From a virus, in the IMG/VR virus record IMGVR_UViG_3300034251_000012, positions 1 through 52,845 of that record: 52,845 bases of DNA; one strand, given 5' to 3'. Below are positions 8,484 to 17,790 of the stretch, piece by piece (positions within the stretch are counted from its first letter, which is position 1; every line of letters begins with the position of its first letter). Position numbers and translations under genes: made by a program. The notes beneath the pieces were generated by a model, which ran no database searches, was not told the DNA's origin, and was given only the letters and a program-made list of their open reading frames with translations.

Positions 8484-9641
8484 TTAGAACGGCTCGCCGA
8501 CTTCGATGGTCTCCTCGATGGCGTCATCGCCCACGGCCGGCGCGAGCGTAATCGCCGCCGTCTCCTGAAGCATGTGCTTACGCGACCAGCCGCGGCCGAC
8601 GCCCCAGTAAGTGACCTGCGGCGGGTTCAACTCGCCCGTCGCGTAGGCGATGGGGCCGCGCGTGTTGCGCGGCAGTGACCCGATCATGCCGCCGGTGCCC
8701 GCGACGAGGTTTGAAACCGTGACCTCGGTCGGGATGCCGTTGGCGAAATCAGCGACCTGACGGCTGTTGTCGTTGGCGCGCGACGAGAGTGCCGACTTGT
8801 TGATCGGCAAGAACGGCTCCGAAACAATTGCGCCGCCCTCGTCTTGCGACCAATAGCGCGAGTCATAGAACTCAATCTCGGAGATGCCGAAGACGCGCTC
8901 GGCGAGGGTCTGCATGCTGCGGGTGTCAGCGGTGTTGAGGTTGACGAACGAGACGTTCGGCGCGAGGTACGTGCGCGCCATCTCTTTAAATTCATCGCAC
9001 TGGATGACGTGATCGAACGCCGCGCGCGAAAGCGTCCAACGGTCATACATGATGCCGTAGCGCACCTGCGCACGACGCTTGAGCTGCGAGATGTAGGTGA
9101 CGATCTTGCAGTTCGCGTGGTCGGTGATCGGGACTTCGAGCGTAATCTTGAGGTCGGCGGGCATGCCCCAAGTGACGTTCTCCATCTTGATGCCGAGGCG
9201 GTTGTAACTGAATCCGTCGATCCAGCGAGCCACGCAGATGGCTTCCATGCGCTGGCGCACGCCCAAAAGGAGCGCGTCAACGATGGAGTTCTCCGTGTCG
9301 GTGAAGAAGCCCGTGTCGTCGTTGACGCCGGCGGCCGTGATGGCTTCGAGCTGCTTGAGCTGCTCCTGCGTGAGCATCTGGCCGAGTTTCAAGTTCGGCG
9401 CGCCGCTGGTTTCCAGCGTGAACTTGCCGGCCGAGTAAACGGCGGCCTTCTGGTCGTCGGCGACCAGATCGGCGATGAGCACGCGACCCGTAAAACGCGC
9501 CATGATCTCGCCGTCGGAGGCCGAGACGATGGGCGTGCGGTTGAGTGCGATGAGATTCGCGGGCAGCTCGCGCGTGTCCTGAAGCGCCCGCATGATGGCG
9601 TTGACGCGCGCGGCCTGAAGGATTTGCATGTTCGGAGCCAT
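8484..9641 (-). CDS. Major capsid protein (lambda E-like position)
   Basis: A 385-aa ORF that follows the protease and a 264-aa protein, matching the lambda order of protease, decoration protein and capsid protein. Both the upstream and downstream regions are intergenic. Confidence 0.7.
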   Translation of the reverse strand: MAPNMQILQAARVNAIMRALQDTRELPANLIALNRTPIVSASDGEIMARFTGRVLIADLVADDQKAAVYSAGKFTLETSGAPNLKLGQMLTQEQLKQLEAITAAGVNDDTGFFTDTENSIVDALLLGVRQRMEAICVARWIDGFSYNRLGIKMENVTWGMPADLKITLEVPITDHANCKIVTYISQLKRRAQVRYGIMYDRWTLSRAAFDHVIQCDEFKEMARTYLAPNVSFVNLNTADTRSMQTLAERVFGISEIEFYDSRYWSQDEGGAIVSEPFLPINKSALSSRANDNSRQVADFANGIPTEVTVSNLVAGTGGMIGSLPRNTRGPIAYATGELNPPQVTYWGVGRGWSRKHMLQETAAITLAPAVGDDAIEETIEVGEPF

Positions 9642-9684
9642 GATTATCTAAATCTCCTTTTTCTCTGTACTTGTGACCGTGCGC

Positions 9685-10479
9685 TTATTTGTCCTGAACG
9701 TACTCAACGCGCGGGAAGGCGGTCTCGAATTCGGCGACCGTGGGACCGGCGGCGAGCGAGTGCGCGCCCGTGGTAATGAGCAGACGCGCTTTCCACGTGG
9801 GGCCGCCGTCGAAGACTGCCGGGTGGTCGGTGACTCCCCCGCCGAGGCCGGGGATGACCCCGTTCTCGAGCACCGTCAGGTTGAGAATGAAACACTCGCC
9901 GCGCGTCAGCGTCTGGCGACCGTCCGCCGCGGCCGGGTCGTAGGGGCCGTACTTGCCGAGCCCGGTGTTGCCCTGCGTCGTTGTCGCCACGACGACGGTG
10001 GGCGAGGTGCCGCCCGTCAGGTTGTTGTCCGTGAGCGTGAGCGCGGCGACGTTGCGCGCGTCGTTGAAGGTGACCGTGTAGACGTTCGAGGCCTTCGACA
10101 CCGTCGCCGACGCGCCTGCGGCTTCGAGCGCCGCTTCCACGTCCGCGGCAGAGGCGTTGTAGGCGATGGCGCCCGTCTCGTGCGTATCGCCCTCCTCATC
10201 CGTGTAGGTGAGTGAGAAGGTGCCGCCCGTCGGCACGCCGTTCACGGTGAGCGTCTCGACCTCGTGCTGCGTGATGCGGCAAAGGATTTGACCGAAGCGC
10301 AGATACTTCTGGCCGTTTTTGACGACGTTGTCGTCGGTGAGCGTCGTGTCTTCCGCGACGGCCACGATGGTTGACCAGTCGAGAGTGACGCCGCCGTGCT
10401 TCCAGTGGGCGAGCATGCTCGCCGCCGCCATGACCGCGCGACCGACCGCGCCGAGTACCTGTCTGCCATAAGTAGTCAT
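9685..10479 (-). CDS. Head decoration / auxiliary capsid protein candidate
   Basis: A 264-aa ORF between the protease and the capsid gene. It contains an inserted Thr/Ala-rich domain (TLTVNGVPTGGTFSLTYTDEEGD...). Confidence 0.4.
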   Translation of the reverse strand: MTTYGRQVLGAVGRAVMAAASMLAHWKHGGVTLDWSTIVAVAEDTTLTDDNVVKNGQKYLRFGQILCRITQHEVETLTVNGVPTGGTFSLTYTDEEGDTHETGAIAYNASAADVEAALEAAGASATVSKASNVYTVTFNDARNVAALTLTDNNLTGGTSPTVVVATTTQGNTGLGKYGPYDPAAADGRQTLTRGECFILNLTVLENGVIPGLGGGVTDHPAVFDGGPTWKARLLITTGAHSLAAGPTVAEFETAFPRVEYVQDK

Positions 10480-10515
10480 CGAACTGACCTCCTTCAGTGT
10501 CGGCTCTCGCCGCGG

Positions 10516-12045
10516 TTATTTTTTGCTGTTGTTCTTGTTCGTGTTGGCCTTCTCAGCCCACGCGCGCGCGCCCTTGTCGGCGGCTTCGACGCTGGCCTTC
10601 TCCGGGTCGGCGTCGTTCACAAGGACGGCCGCGCCTGCGGGCAGCGCGGCCGTGGCCACCTCCTGCGTCAGGTTGTGGGTCGGGAGACCGGCGACGAACG
10701 TTTTCAGGTTCTCGACGCGGGAGCCGGACGCGAGCGGGGAGCGAGCGTCGTCATCGGCCGCCGAGAGGTACGTCGCTTTGAGACCGTCCAAAGCGGCGGG
10801 CAAAGCTTTCTTCGAGGCGACGGTCTCACGGGCGAACGTCTCAGCCGCCGCCGCGCTCTGTTCGCTCACGAGCTTGTCGTAGGCCGCGGCCTTCGCGCGC
10901 GTATTCGCATCCACGGAAGGCTGCGCCGTGTGTGTGGTATGCGCCCCGTTGCCGCCGCCGGCAACCGCGCCTTCCCCGTTGCCGTCCGGCGCTTCCAACG
11001 CTTCGAGCGCTTCCCGGCGCTCTTCCGTGCTCATGCCCCCGAACAGTTTCTGCCAGATGGTTTTCTTATCGCTCATGTTCGTCTCCCCGTTGTCGGACGC
11101 GGACGCGCCTCCGGCGCCCCCGAGTGGTTTGCTGGTGACGAGCGCGTGGAGCGCGCCGTCGAAAGTGCCGAGCGCATCGGCCAGTCCCGCGCGCACCGCC
11201 TGTTTCCCTATCAGCGTCGAGCCTCTGCCGAAATCGCTCACGACACGCTCGCGCGGGACGCCGCGCAACTCCGCGACGGCATCAATGAAAAGCCCGCCCA
11301 TGTAGTCAGCCTTGTCCTGATAGACTCGCTTTCCTTCTTCCAGCGTGACATCAGGGCGCTTGTACGGAGACTCCGTGTTGACGAATTCGATGTCGTCTTC
11401 GGGCATCCGCGGCGGGATAGCGATGACCACGCCGATTGACCCCAGTGAAGCCCAGTCGTTGGCGATGATGCGGTGCGAGGCGGCCGAAATGAAATAAGCT
11501 GCCGACGCCATCCAGCCGGCCGCGTAGGCGTGGATCGGCTTCGTGTTTTTGGCGCGGGCGCGGGCGATGGTCTGCGCCAGCTCCGAGATGCCGCGGGCAT
11601 CGCCGCCGGGACTGTCCACGTTGAAGAGGATGGCCTTGACGTTCTCCGACTCGAAGGCAGTGATGAAGTCGTTGCGTATCTGCTGCGCGCCGACGGAGCC
11701 GGAAGACATGCCCCGCACACGCGGGACGATGGGGCCGATGACGTCGATGATAGCGACGCCTTTGCAGAGCGAGGTGTAGCTCGTGTCCTTCATCTGCTCG
11801 GTTTGCGCGGCCATGCTCGACTCATCATCGCGGTGCATGTGCATCGAGGCGCCGAGACCCTCTTCCTCGTGCTGAACCCAGAGGCGCTCGATGTCAGTGG
11901 CCGTCAGGCTGCCGACCTGGGACTTCACCCCCAACGCGTCAACATAAATGCGCTTCAGGGCGACACAGGCCTCGCGGGTCATCATCCATTCGGTTGTGAG
12001 CGCATCGCTCAGGAGGTGCGTGAGATTGGTGGCCGTTGCGGTCAT
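10516..12045 (-). CDS. Prohead protease (S49 / SppA-ClpP fold) with a scaffold-like Ala-rich C-terminal half
   Basis: S49 hallmarks are present: FNVDSPGGDARG and AAGWMASAAYFI. The C-terminal ~200 aa are Ala/Glu-rich like a scaffold. The gene overlaps the portal gene end by 4 nt. Confidence 0.8.
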   Translation of the reverse strand: MTATATNLTHLLSDALTTEWMMTREACVALKRIYVDALGVKSQVGSLTATDIERLWVQHEEEGLGASMHMHRDDESSMAAQTEQMKDTSYTSLCKGVAIIDVIGPIVPRVRGMSSGSVGAQQIRNDFITAFESENVKAILFNVDSPGGDARGISELAQTIARARAKNTKPIHAYAAGWMASAAYFISAASHRIIANDWASLGSIGVVIAIPPRMPEDDIEFVNTESPYKRPDVTLEEGKRVYQDKADYMGGLFIDAVAELRGVPRERVVSDFGRGSTLIGKQAVRAGLADALGTFDGALHALVTSKPLGGAGGASASDNGETNMSDKKTIWQKLFGGMSTEERREALEALEAPDGNGEGAVAGGGNGAHTTHTAQPSVDANTRAKAAAYDKLVSEQSAAAAETFARETVASKKALPAALDGLKATYLSAADDDARSPLASGSRVENLKTFVAGLPTHNLTQEVATAALPAGAAVLVNDADPEKASVEAADKGARAWAEKANTNKNNSKK

Positions 12046-13487
12046 AGACGTCCCTCCGTCGAAACCCTCAAGCGCGCTGCGGCGCGCAGCGCCGACGACA
12101 GATTCGCGTGCAGCGCCCGCGCTTCACCCGGCGTAAACGTTTCGCCGTCGTTCTCAACGCCCTCGGCAACAGGCGCAGATTGTTTCGTCCGTTGCGGCCA
12201 CTCCTCGCCCTCCTCGGGCATCGGCAGCCCCAACTGCTTGCAGAGAGCTGCCCAGACGGAATCCGGCACGTAGGGGGCGATGAGCGTCGCGGCGCGCGCA
12301 TCCGTCGCCCAGTCCTTTCGGGAGGAGTCGCCGAGTGAGACGGCCGGTGTGAGCGCCATTGCCGCTTCGCCAAAGTTGTAGCGCAAGAGCGGCTTCAGGA
12401 TGTCCGTGCGGATACAGGCAGCGACGATGCCTTTGAGGTTCCAGATGCGCAACTCCAGCACGTCCATGTGCGTCAGGCTCTGGGCGCGCGTGCCATGCTG
12501 GCCTTCATTCGTCGCGAGGTCTTGCAGGAGGATGGCGCGCGTGATCTGCCGGTCACACATCTCGAAGAACGCTTTGAACTCGCCGCCATCGCCGGAAGCA
12601 TCCAGCACCTGCACCTTCGCGTCATAGGGAAATGCGGCTGCGGAGTTGTTCTCGAGCAGGGCGAGCTTGTTGGCCATCACTTCGGACGAACTCATCTCGA
12701 CTTTCGACCCGTCGGCGTTCTCCATTTCGGTCAGGCTGTCGTCATCCGGCGCAGTAAACCCGACGACGGAGGGAATGGCCTTCTTCTCCAGACGCTTCAG
12801 GCAGACCGGCAGCCCCGTGCGCTTGGCCAACCACCAGTTGTAGGCGGCGCGCATGGCGGGCGCGGTGCCTCGGGGGTCTTCATCCTTGCGCTCGAAAGTC
12901 GGAATAAAGAACTTCTCGCGAGGGATGAGTTGTCGTCCCGCACCGCCCCATACCTGAAGACCCAGCACATTCAGAAACGGGTCAACGACGAACTGAGCGG
13001 CCTCACGCGTCTTGCACTTGAGCTTATCAATGACGAGGCGTGGGCGGCCGTCAGCGTCCAGATCTTCCCGGTAAGTCTGCTCGACCACCTTGTGGCCGGT
13101 GACGAGCGCGGCCTTGACGGCTTCATTTAAAGTCTCCCGGAAGGGCCGCTGGGGCGTCTCGAAGAGGTTGAGGGTGCTGAATTCGGAGTAGAGGGCTGCC
13201 TGCTCGCTCTTCGCCTGGTCTTCCTTGTCGTCCGTGTAGAGCGGGAAGAGCTGCACGCCGTCGCCGAGTATGGCGTCAACAAGAAGGGTTACATCCTTGA
13301 GCACCTCCGGGTCAGTCAGGAGTCGCTCGAAGCCGCCGGGCCCGATCAACAACTCGGCCTCATCCGAGAAGAGCGAACCGAGCGCCGTGCCGATGCGGGC
13401 AGAGAAAAACCCGCCCGTGGCTACGTATTCCCTATCGGGAGTGAACGAAGCGGCGGACGGATTCAGCGAGCGGAGCGGAGTGGACAT
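12042..13487 (-). CDS. Portal protein
   Basis: A 481-aa ORF between the large terminase and the prohead protease. Confidence 0.75.
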   Translation of the reverse strand: MSTPLRSLNPSAASFTPDREYVATGGFFSARIGTALGSLFSDEAELLIGPGGFERLLTDPEVLKDVTLLVDAILGDGVQLFPLYTDDKEDQAKSEQAALYSEFSTLNLFETPQRPFRETLNEAVKAALVTGHKVVEQTYREDLDADGRPRLVIDKLKCKTREAAQFVVDPFLNVLGLQVWGGAGRQLIPREKFFIPTFERKDEDPRGTAPAMRAAYNWWLAKRTGLPVCLKRLEKKAIPSVVGFTAPDDDSLTEMENADGSKVEMSSSEVMANKLALLENNSAAAFPYDAKVQVLDASGDGGEFKAFFEMCDRQITRAILLQDLATNEGQHGTRAQSLTHMDVLELRIWNLKGIVAACIRTDILKPLLRYNFGEAAMALTPAVSLGDSSRKDWATDARAATLIAPYVPDSVWAALCKQLGLPMPEEGEEWPQRTKQSAPVAEGVENDGETFTPGEARALHANLSSALRAAARLRVSTEGRL

Positions 13488-13566
13488 CGAGAGATCAGCT
13501 AATAATCAGGTCAGTTGAAGGGACGTGCGCGCCGGTCGTTGCCGGCGCGCAGTTGTTAGAGGTAGG

Positions 13567-13623
13567 AATATAGGGCAGGGTGAGAGACTTGTGGTGGGCG
13601 CACGGGAAACGCACGGGAAACGA
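13567..13623 (-). promoter_or_regulatory. Candidate late promoter A: 31-nt conserved element, then 20 nt, then a TATATT -10 box
   Basis: On the minus strand the sequence reads TCGTTTCCCGTGCGTTTCCCGTGCGCCCACC-N20-TATATT. The same 31-mer with the same spacing occurs at 19875-19931. The site lies between the terL stop and the portal start. Confidence 0.45.
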
Positions 13624-13626
13624 CTG

Positions 13627-15120
13627 CTAAAGTATTCGTATGTTGGCCGAATGACGCGGGCCGGCGGTGGCGGGCTTCTGTGGTGGCCTGCGTGCAGCCA
13701 TACACCCATACCTAAAATCATCGTAGGCGTCGTCGCCTCCCTGCCCGTCCTCATCCACGTCCACCTTCAGCACGTCCTCGGGGCGGTGCGGGTCGTGTTG
13801 GAGCGTCGGCAGCGTTTCGATCAGCTTCGAGCACCGCTCGGAGATTTCGAGGAGTGGCTCGACGCCGTTATCCACGTCGCCGAGGAGCCGGAGCACTTCG
13901 CCCGCCCCGTTGATGCGATCCATGTTGGCGGGCGTGAACTTGAGACCGTGCTTCAGGTACTGTTTCGCGATGGTCACGCCCGACTCGTCGCCCTTGTGTG
14001 CGAACACGTCATCGCCGGCGACGATCTCCCGGAGGCGCTCGACCTTCACGTTATGGCGCGCGAGCATCTGCTTGATGCCCTCGGCGTTCTGCGCGGGTAG
14101 TTTCTTCGCCGCGTAGTACTCGTCTACAACGCGCCGCCTGCCGTCGAACTCGGTGAAGAGGTGGCAGGAGGTGGGGTGCGTGAACCCGTAGTCGAAGGAG
14201 AGCCAGACGGGCGCGCTCGTCGGTATGCGGTCGAGCATCTCCTTCGGCTTGACGTGTGCGTCGTGGCGCCATGTGGTGAAGAACTGGCCTGCGGCGATGT
14301 CCCAGTCGCCGTAACGGTAGGCCTTGAGCTTCCAGCCCGTATTCTTCTCCAGGTTGGCCCTATACTCGGGGTTGACGAAGACGTTGTCGTCAATGGTGGC
14401 GAAGATGAAGCGGGTATCAATCTCGGCACCGGCGCGCGCCGGTGCGATGAAAGTGGCTTTAAACCAAGCGTGGCCGACGCCGCCCGGGTTGGTGGTAAGG
14501 TAGATGCGCGGGCGGAAGCCCGGCTTCGACGTTCGCGACGAGTCGCAGAGTGTGCGGAACTTGGAGAGAGAGAGGGTCGTTGCCTCCTCGATGACAATGA
14601 TGTCGTACTCGAGGCCGAGGTACTGGTCGATGTCCGACTCGTTCTTAAAGTGCCCCGTGATGATCCGGCTGCCGTTCGCGAACTTGATGACGCCGTCGTT
14701 GTGGTTGTAGTCGTGCGGGACGAAACGCAGCACGCTCAGGCGGAGGTCGTTGAACTGCTCGCGCGCGTTCTTCGAAATCTTGCGGAGGTAGAGGACCTTG
14801 AGGTTGGGGACGCGCAAACAGTCGTCGAGTGCGACCTGCGCGAAGACGGCGTGACTCTTACCGGGGCCGCGCGCGCCGCCGAATCCGACCCACACGGGCC
14901 GGCCGGGCAGATCACACTCGCGTGCCGCTCCGTGGAATTCGAGTTGCTTCGGCTGCGGGACGTAGCCCGCGGCGAGGAAGCGCTCGAGCGTATCACGAGG
15001 TACGCCCCGGGCTATCGAGACTGACGCGAGGAGCGCGACGGCGGCCGTGAGGGCGGTGCCGCGTAACGTCCCGCTACTTCCCCGCGCCTCCGTCTCCGCT
15101 GTCTGATCCGCCGTTGCCAT
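13627..15120 (-). CDS. terL: Terminase large subunit
   Basis: Walker A is GFGGARGPGKSHAV and Walker B-like is DIIVIEEATTL. The protein is 497 aa and lies upstream of the portal gene. Confidence 0.9.
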   Translation of the reverse strand: MATADQTAETEARGSSGTLRGTALTAAVALLASVSIARGVPRDTLERFLAAGYVPQPKQLEFHGAARECDLPGRPVWVGFGGARGPGKSHAVFAQVALDDCLRVPNLKVLYLRKISKNAREQFNDLRLSVLRFVPHDYNHNDGVIKFANGSRIITGHFKNESDIDQYLGLEYDIIVIEEATTLSLSKFRTLCDSSRTSKPGFRPRIYLTTNPGGVGHAWFKATFIAPARAGAEIDTRFIFATIDDNVFVNPEYRANLEKNTGWKLKAYRYGDWDIAAGQFFTTWRHDAHVKPKEMLDRIPTSAPVWLSFDYGFTHPTSCHLFTEFDGRRRVVDEYYAAKKLPAQNAEGIKQMLARHNVKVERLREIVAGDDVFAHKGDESGVTIAKQYLKHGLKFTPANMDRINGAGEVLRLLGDVDNGVEPLLEISERCSKLIETLPTLQHDPHRPEDVLKVDVDEDGQGGDDAYDDFRYGCMAARRPPQKPATAGPRHSANIRIL

Positions 15121-15562
15121 AGACTTTCAGGATCGTCGCCGCGATGTCAGGGGGCACGAGCGGCTCCCCGCCCCTGCCGGTCAACTCGCGCCTGTTGGTG
15201 AACGCGCCCCCAACCTCTTTGGCGGCCTTCTCGGCCATCTCGGCCGCGAGCACGAGGTTTCCCCGTTCTTCGTAATACTCCGCCGCGCGCTGGTAAAGCT
15301 TGAGCCGGTAAACTTGTTTTGCAATCCCCACATCGACCTCGCCCTTGACGAAGGCGGCGCGTGTCGCATCGAAGAGCACCTTCCACTTCGCGCCGAGCCT
15401 CTTCCTCGCGCCGGCCTTCTCGGGATGATAGAAGTGCACCTGATCCCGGGTGATCGTGACGCCGAACTCCGCCCCCACGTCTTTGATAATTAGCGACGGC
15501 TTTCTGAAGCACGCATGTGCTTGCACGATAAAGGTTTTAACTTCTTCCTTAAGTTCTGCCAT
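15074..15562 (-). CDS. Terminase small subunit candidate (DUF2280-like)
   Basis: The N-terminus MAELKEEVKTFIVQAHACFRKPS and the segment AKEVGGAFTNRRELTG resemble DUF2280 phage proteins from memory. The gene lies immediately upstream of terL and overlaps it. Confidence 0.6.
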   Translation of the reverse strand: MAELKEEVKTFIVQAHACFRKPSLIIKDVGAEFGVTITRDQVHFYHPEKAGARKRLGAKWKVLFDATRAAFVKGEVDVGIAKQVYRLKLYQRAAEYYEERGNLVLAAEMAEKAAKEVGGAFTNRRELTGRGGEPLVPPDIAATILKVYGNGGSDSGDGGAGK

Positions 15563-15624
15563 TTAATTAACTGACCACCCGAAACGTAGGAGCACGTGTG
15601 GGAGCAGACCACAAAGCCGTAATC

Positions 15625-16263
15625 TCATGCCGCGAGCCTCAGGCACGTGCCGCACACGCCTTCAATGTGTGCGGGGGCAATCGTGGGCTTTGCCCGCGCG
15701 GCCTCGACGAGTTTTACGGTATCGCCCGCGGCCGCTCCCACGCCGTAGCGGGCGACGATGCCGACGAACTCTTCGACGTCGTGGCCGCGAATGCCCCAAA
15801 CGGGGACGCCCTTCGTCGTGATGTGCTTCAACGCACAATGGTAAAGCTCGTGCTCGACGAGCGCGCAGAAAGTCGGATTGTCTATCCGGTTGGCGTAAGG
15901 GGCGTAGAGCGTGATGAGGAAGTCGGGAATGTTGCCCGGTTCGTCTTCGTTAGGGAACCAGCCGCGGAGCTGCGCGCGGTGGCGCGACTTCTCCCACTTG
16001 CTCATCATCGGCTTGGGCTTCGTGAGTTCGGCCGTGCCGACAACGGGGCGCATCTGCCGGTCGTTCTCCTCATTAGTCCAAAGCACGCCAATCGTAGCCA
16101 TCTGGAGATGCGCGTGATGGGGGTTATAGAGAAGGGAGCCGTCGAAGAGGAAGACGTCGAGCGCCCAGTCGGCCACCTCGGGCGCGGGCACAAACAAGTC
16201 TTCACTACCGAGGTGAGTCAGCGACAACGGCGGGAATGGCCGCTTTAAGTCCGGCAACTTCAT
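15625..16263 (-). CDS. Putative phage metallopeptidase (HExxH)
   Basis: The motif ALVEHELYHCAL contains HExxH. The protein is 212 aa. Confidence 0.6.
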   Translation of the reverse strand: MKLPDLKRPFPPLSLTHLGSEDLFVPAPEVADWALDVFLFDGSLLYNPHHAHLQMATIGVLWTNEENDRQMRPVVGTAELTKPKPMMSKWEKSRHRAQLRGWFPNEDEPGNIPDFLITLYAPYANRIDNPTFCALVEHELYHCALKHITTKGVPVWGIRGHDVEEFVGIVARYGVGAAAGDTVKLVEAARAKPTIAPAHIEGVCGTCLRLAA

Positions 16264-16376
16264 TTCCTTGCACTCTTCTGCTCTTTCTGCTTCTTCAGCA
16301 GGAACTTCCGCAACTGCTCGGGGCTACGAATTTTCGGTAACTTCCCGAGTGATATTTTTTGCGCACCCTTCTTCAT
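16260..16376 (-). CDS. Small basic ORF (38 aa)
   Basis: Sequence MKKGAQKISLGKLPKIRSPEQLRKFLLKKQKEQKSARK. Its stop overlaps the downstream start as ATGA. It falls below the ORF-track size cutoff. Confidence 0.3.
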   Translation of the reverse strand: MKKGAQKISLGKLPKIRSPEQLRKFLLKKQKEQKSARK

Positions 16377-16494
16377 GCCCGTCTCTTCCTATGTCCACTC
16401 AAAACCGTTTAGTGTCGCCCGAATATTCGCTAAAGCCTCGGGCGTTCGTGTGTGTGTAATCGGCTAAAGCCCAAAATCGTTGCTCGCCGACTAT

Positions 16495-16713
16495 TCAGCC
16501 ATACCTGCCACGCGGCATGTACTGATCCTGAATTCTGAGCAACTGGTTGTAGCGCACCTGCCAGTCGTCCCGGATGTAGTTGTGGAGCGCGCGCGTGACG
16601 TCCGTGTCGGTGAAACCAAAGTAGGGAGCCGGCGCGGTACCATCCCGGTCCGCCATTGACTCTTCCACTTCCGGCACTTCACTGCTCTCGATCATGGTTC
16701 GTTCGTTACCCAT
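16495..16713 (-). CDS. Hypothetical protein
   Basis: A 72-aa ORF abutting the upstream receiver gene (1-nt overlap). Confidence 0.45.
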   Translation of the reverse strand: MGNERTMIESSEVPEVEESMADRDGTAPAPYFGFTDTDVTRALHNYIRDDWQVRYNQLLRIQDQYMPRGRYG

Positions 16714-17132
16714 CAGTGGACTTCATTAGAGGCAGGTACGGTCATAACTTCGACCTTCGGCCGGAGCGCAGCCTCAACAGCGGCGAAGAGTGCTGCCGGC
16801 TCGATTGGCTTCCGCACAACCTCTGCATTCCCGACGAAGCGAGCGTGCGGCCCGGTCATGTCGTCCATGTACGCCGTGACGAAGATGATCGGCTCGCCGT
16901 AGCCCTGCTTTCTGAGTCGCCGCGCGAGCGTAAAGCCGTCCATCACGGGCATCGCCCCATCGAGGAGAAAGAGGGTGTAGCGGCCGGGGACGATCATCGC
17001 GAGGGCTTCCGCGGCGCTCATCGCCATCTCCACCTGATAGCCCTTCACTTGTAATGTGCGGGCGATCATCTCGGCTTCGAGGTCGTCAACGACGAGCAGG
17101 CGCGGGTCTTTATCGGGCATGTCTGACTCCAT
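16713..17132 (-). CDS. Stand-alone response-regulator receiver (CheY-like REC) domain protein
   Basis: All canonical REC positions are visible: LLVVDD, LFLLDGAMPVMDG (phospho-acceptor Asp), IIFVTAY (Thr) and VVRKP (Lys). There is no output domain. Confidence 0.85.
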   Translation of the reverse strand: MESDMPDKDPRLLVVDDLEAEMIARTLQVKGYQVEMAMSAAEALAMIVPGRYTLFLLDGAMPVMDGFTLARRLRKQGYGEPIIFVTAYMDDMTGPHARFVGNAEVVRKPIEPAALFAAVEAALRPKVEVMTVPASNEVH

Positions 17133-17622
17133 ATTCGACCACCATAAGGACGCCTTTCAGCAACCCTGCGAGCAACACGGCGACCGCGGTGATGAATCCG
17201 AGCACGAACTTCCAGTTCTTCATCTTGTTGATCAGCTTGCCCTGCTCGGCGAGGCGCAGATTTTCCTGAGTCAGCTTCTCGCTCTGCGCCTGTAAAAGGG
17301 CGATCTTTTCAGCGCTCTCTTCGCGGATGGCCTTGACCCTCTCGCTTTGCAGTTCCTGCTGATGCTCGGCGATTTGCCGCATGCGCTGGGCGTCAAGGTC
17401 GAAGACCACTTCGAGCTTGCGTGAAGTTTCGAGGTTGGCGGTCTTGAATTGCTCGGCGAGCGCCGTCATGGTGTCGTTGCCGCGCGCAATGCCGGCCTCG
17501 ATGCGATTGAAACGCTGCTCCATTAAGAGCATCGGCGCGTAGTTGGTTTTCAGGTCGTGCACCTCAGCCTCTAGCTTCGTGACCCGATCACGGCATGGTT
17601 GATCAACCGCTTGTTCCGGCAT
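17110..17622 (-). CDS. Coiled-coil protein with a C-terminal transmembrane anchor
   Basis: Heptad-like Glu/Leu/Gln-rich body. The C-terminus is WKFVLGFITAVAVLLAGLLKGVLMVV. Confidence 0.55.
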   Translation of the reverse strand: MPEQAVDQPCRDRVTKLEAEVHDLKTNYAPMLLMEQRFNRIEAGIARGNDTMTALAEQFKTANLETSRKLEVVFDLDAQRMRQIAEHQQELQSERVKAIREESAEKIALLQAQSEKLTQENLRLAEQGKLINKMKNWKFVLGFITAVAVLLAGLLKGVLMVVEYGVRHAR

Positions 17623-17790
17623 GGCGAGGATGTTTCCCTTCTTTCAAAGTTAGCCGCTTTCTCTTCGTCCCTCGCCTTCCGTGCCGGCGGCGGTTAATAT
17701 CCGCGGCAGCTTGGCGCCGAGTCTATAGCTCGATGTCCAGGTCAGGGGCGGGAGTATGATTCGCGGTCTGCTCCCGTCCCGCTCCGCAAA

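Noticed and set aside
15563-15624. A third copy of the late element upstream of terS (sequence CGTTTCGGGTGG on the minus strand).
   Set aside because: It resembles the 31-mer only in part and lacks the tandem CGTTTCCCGTG repeat and the fixed spacing.
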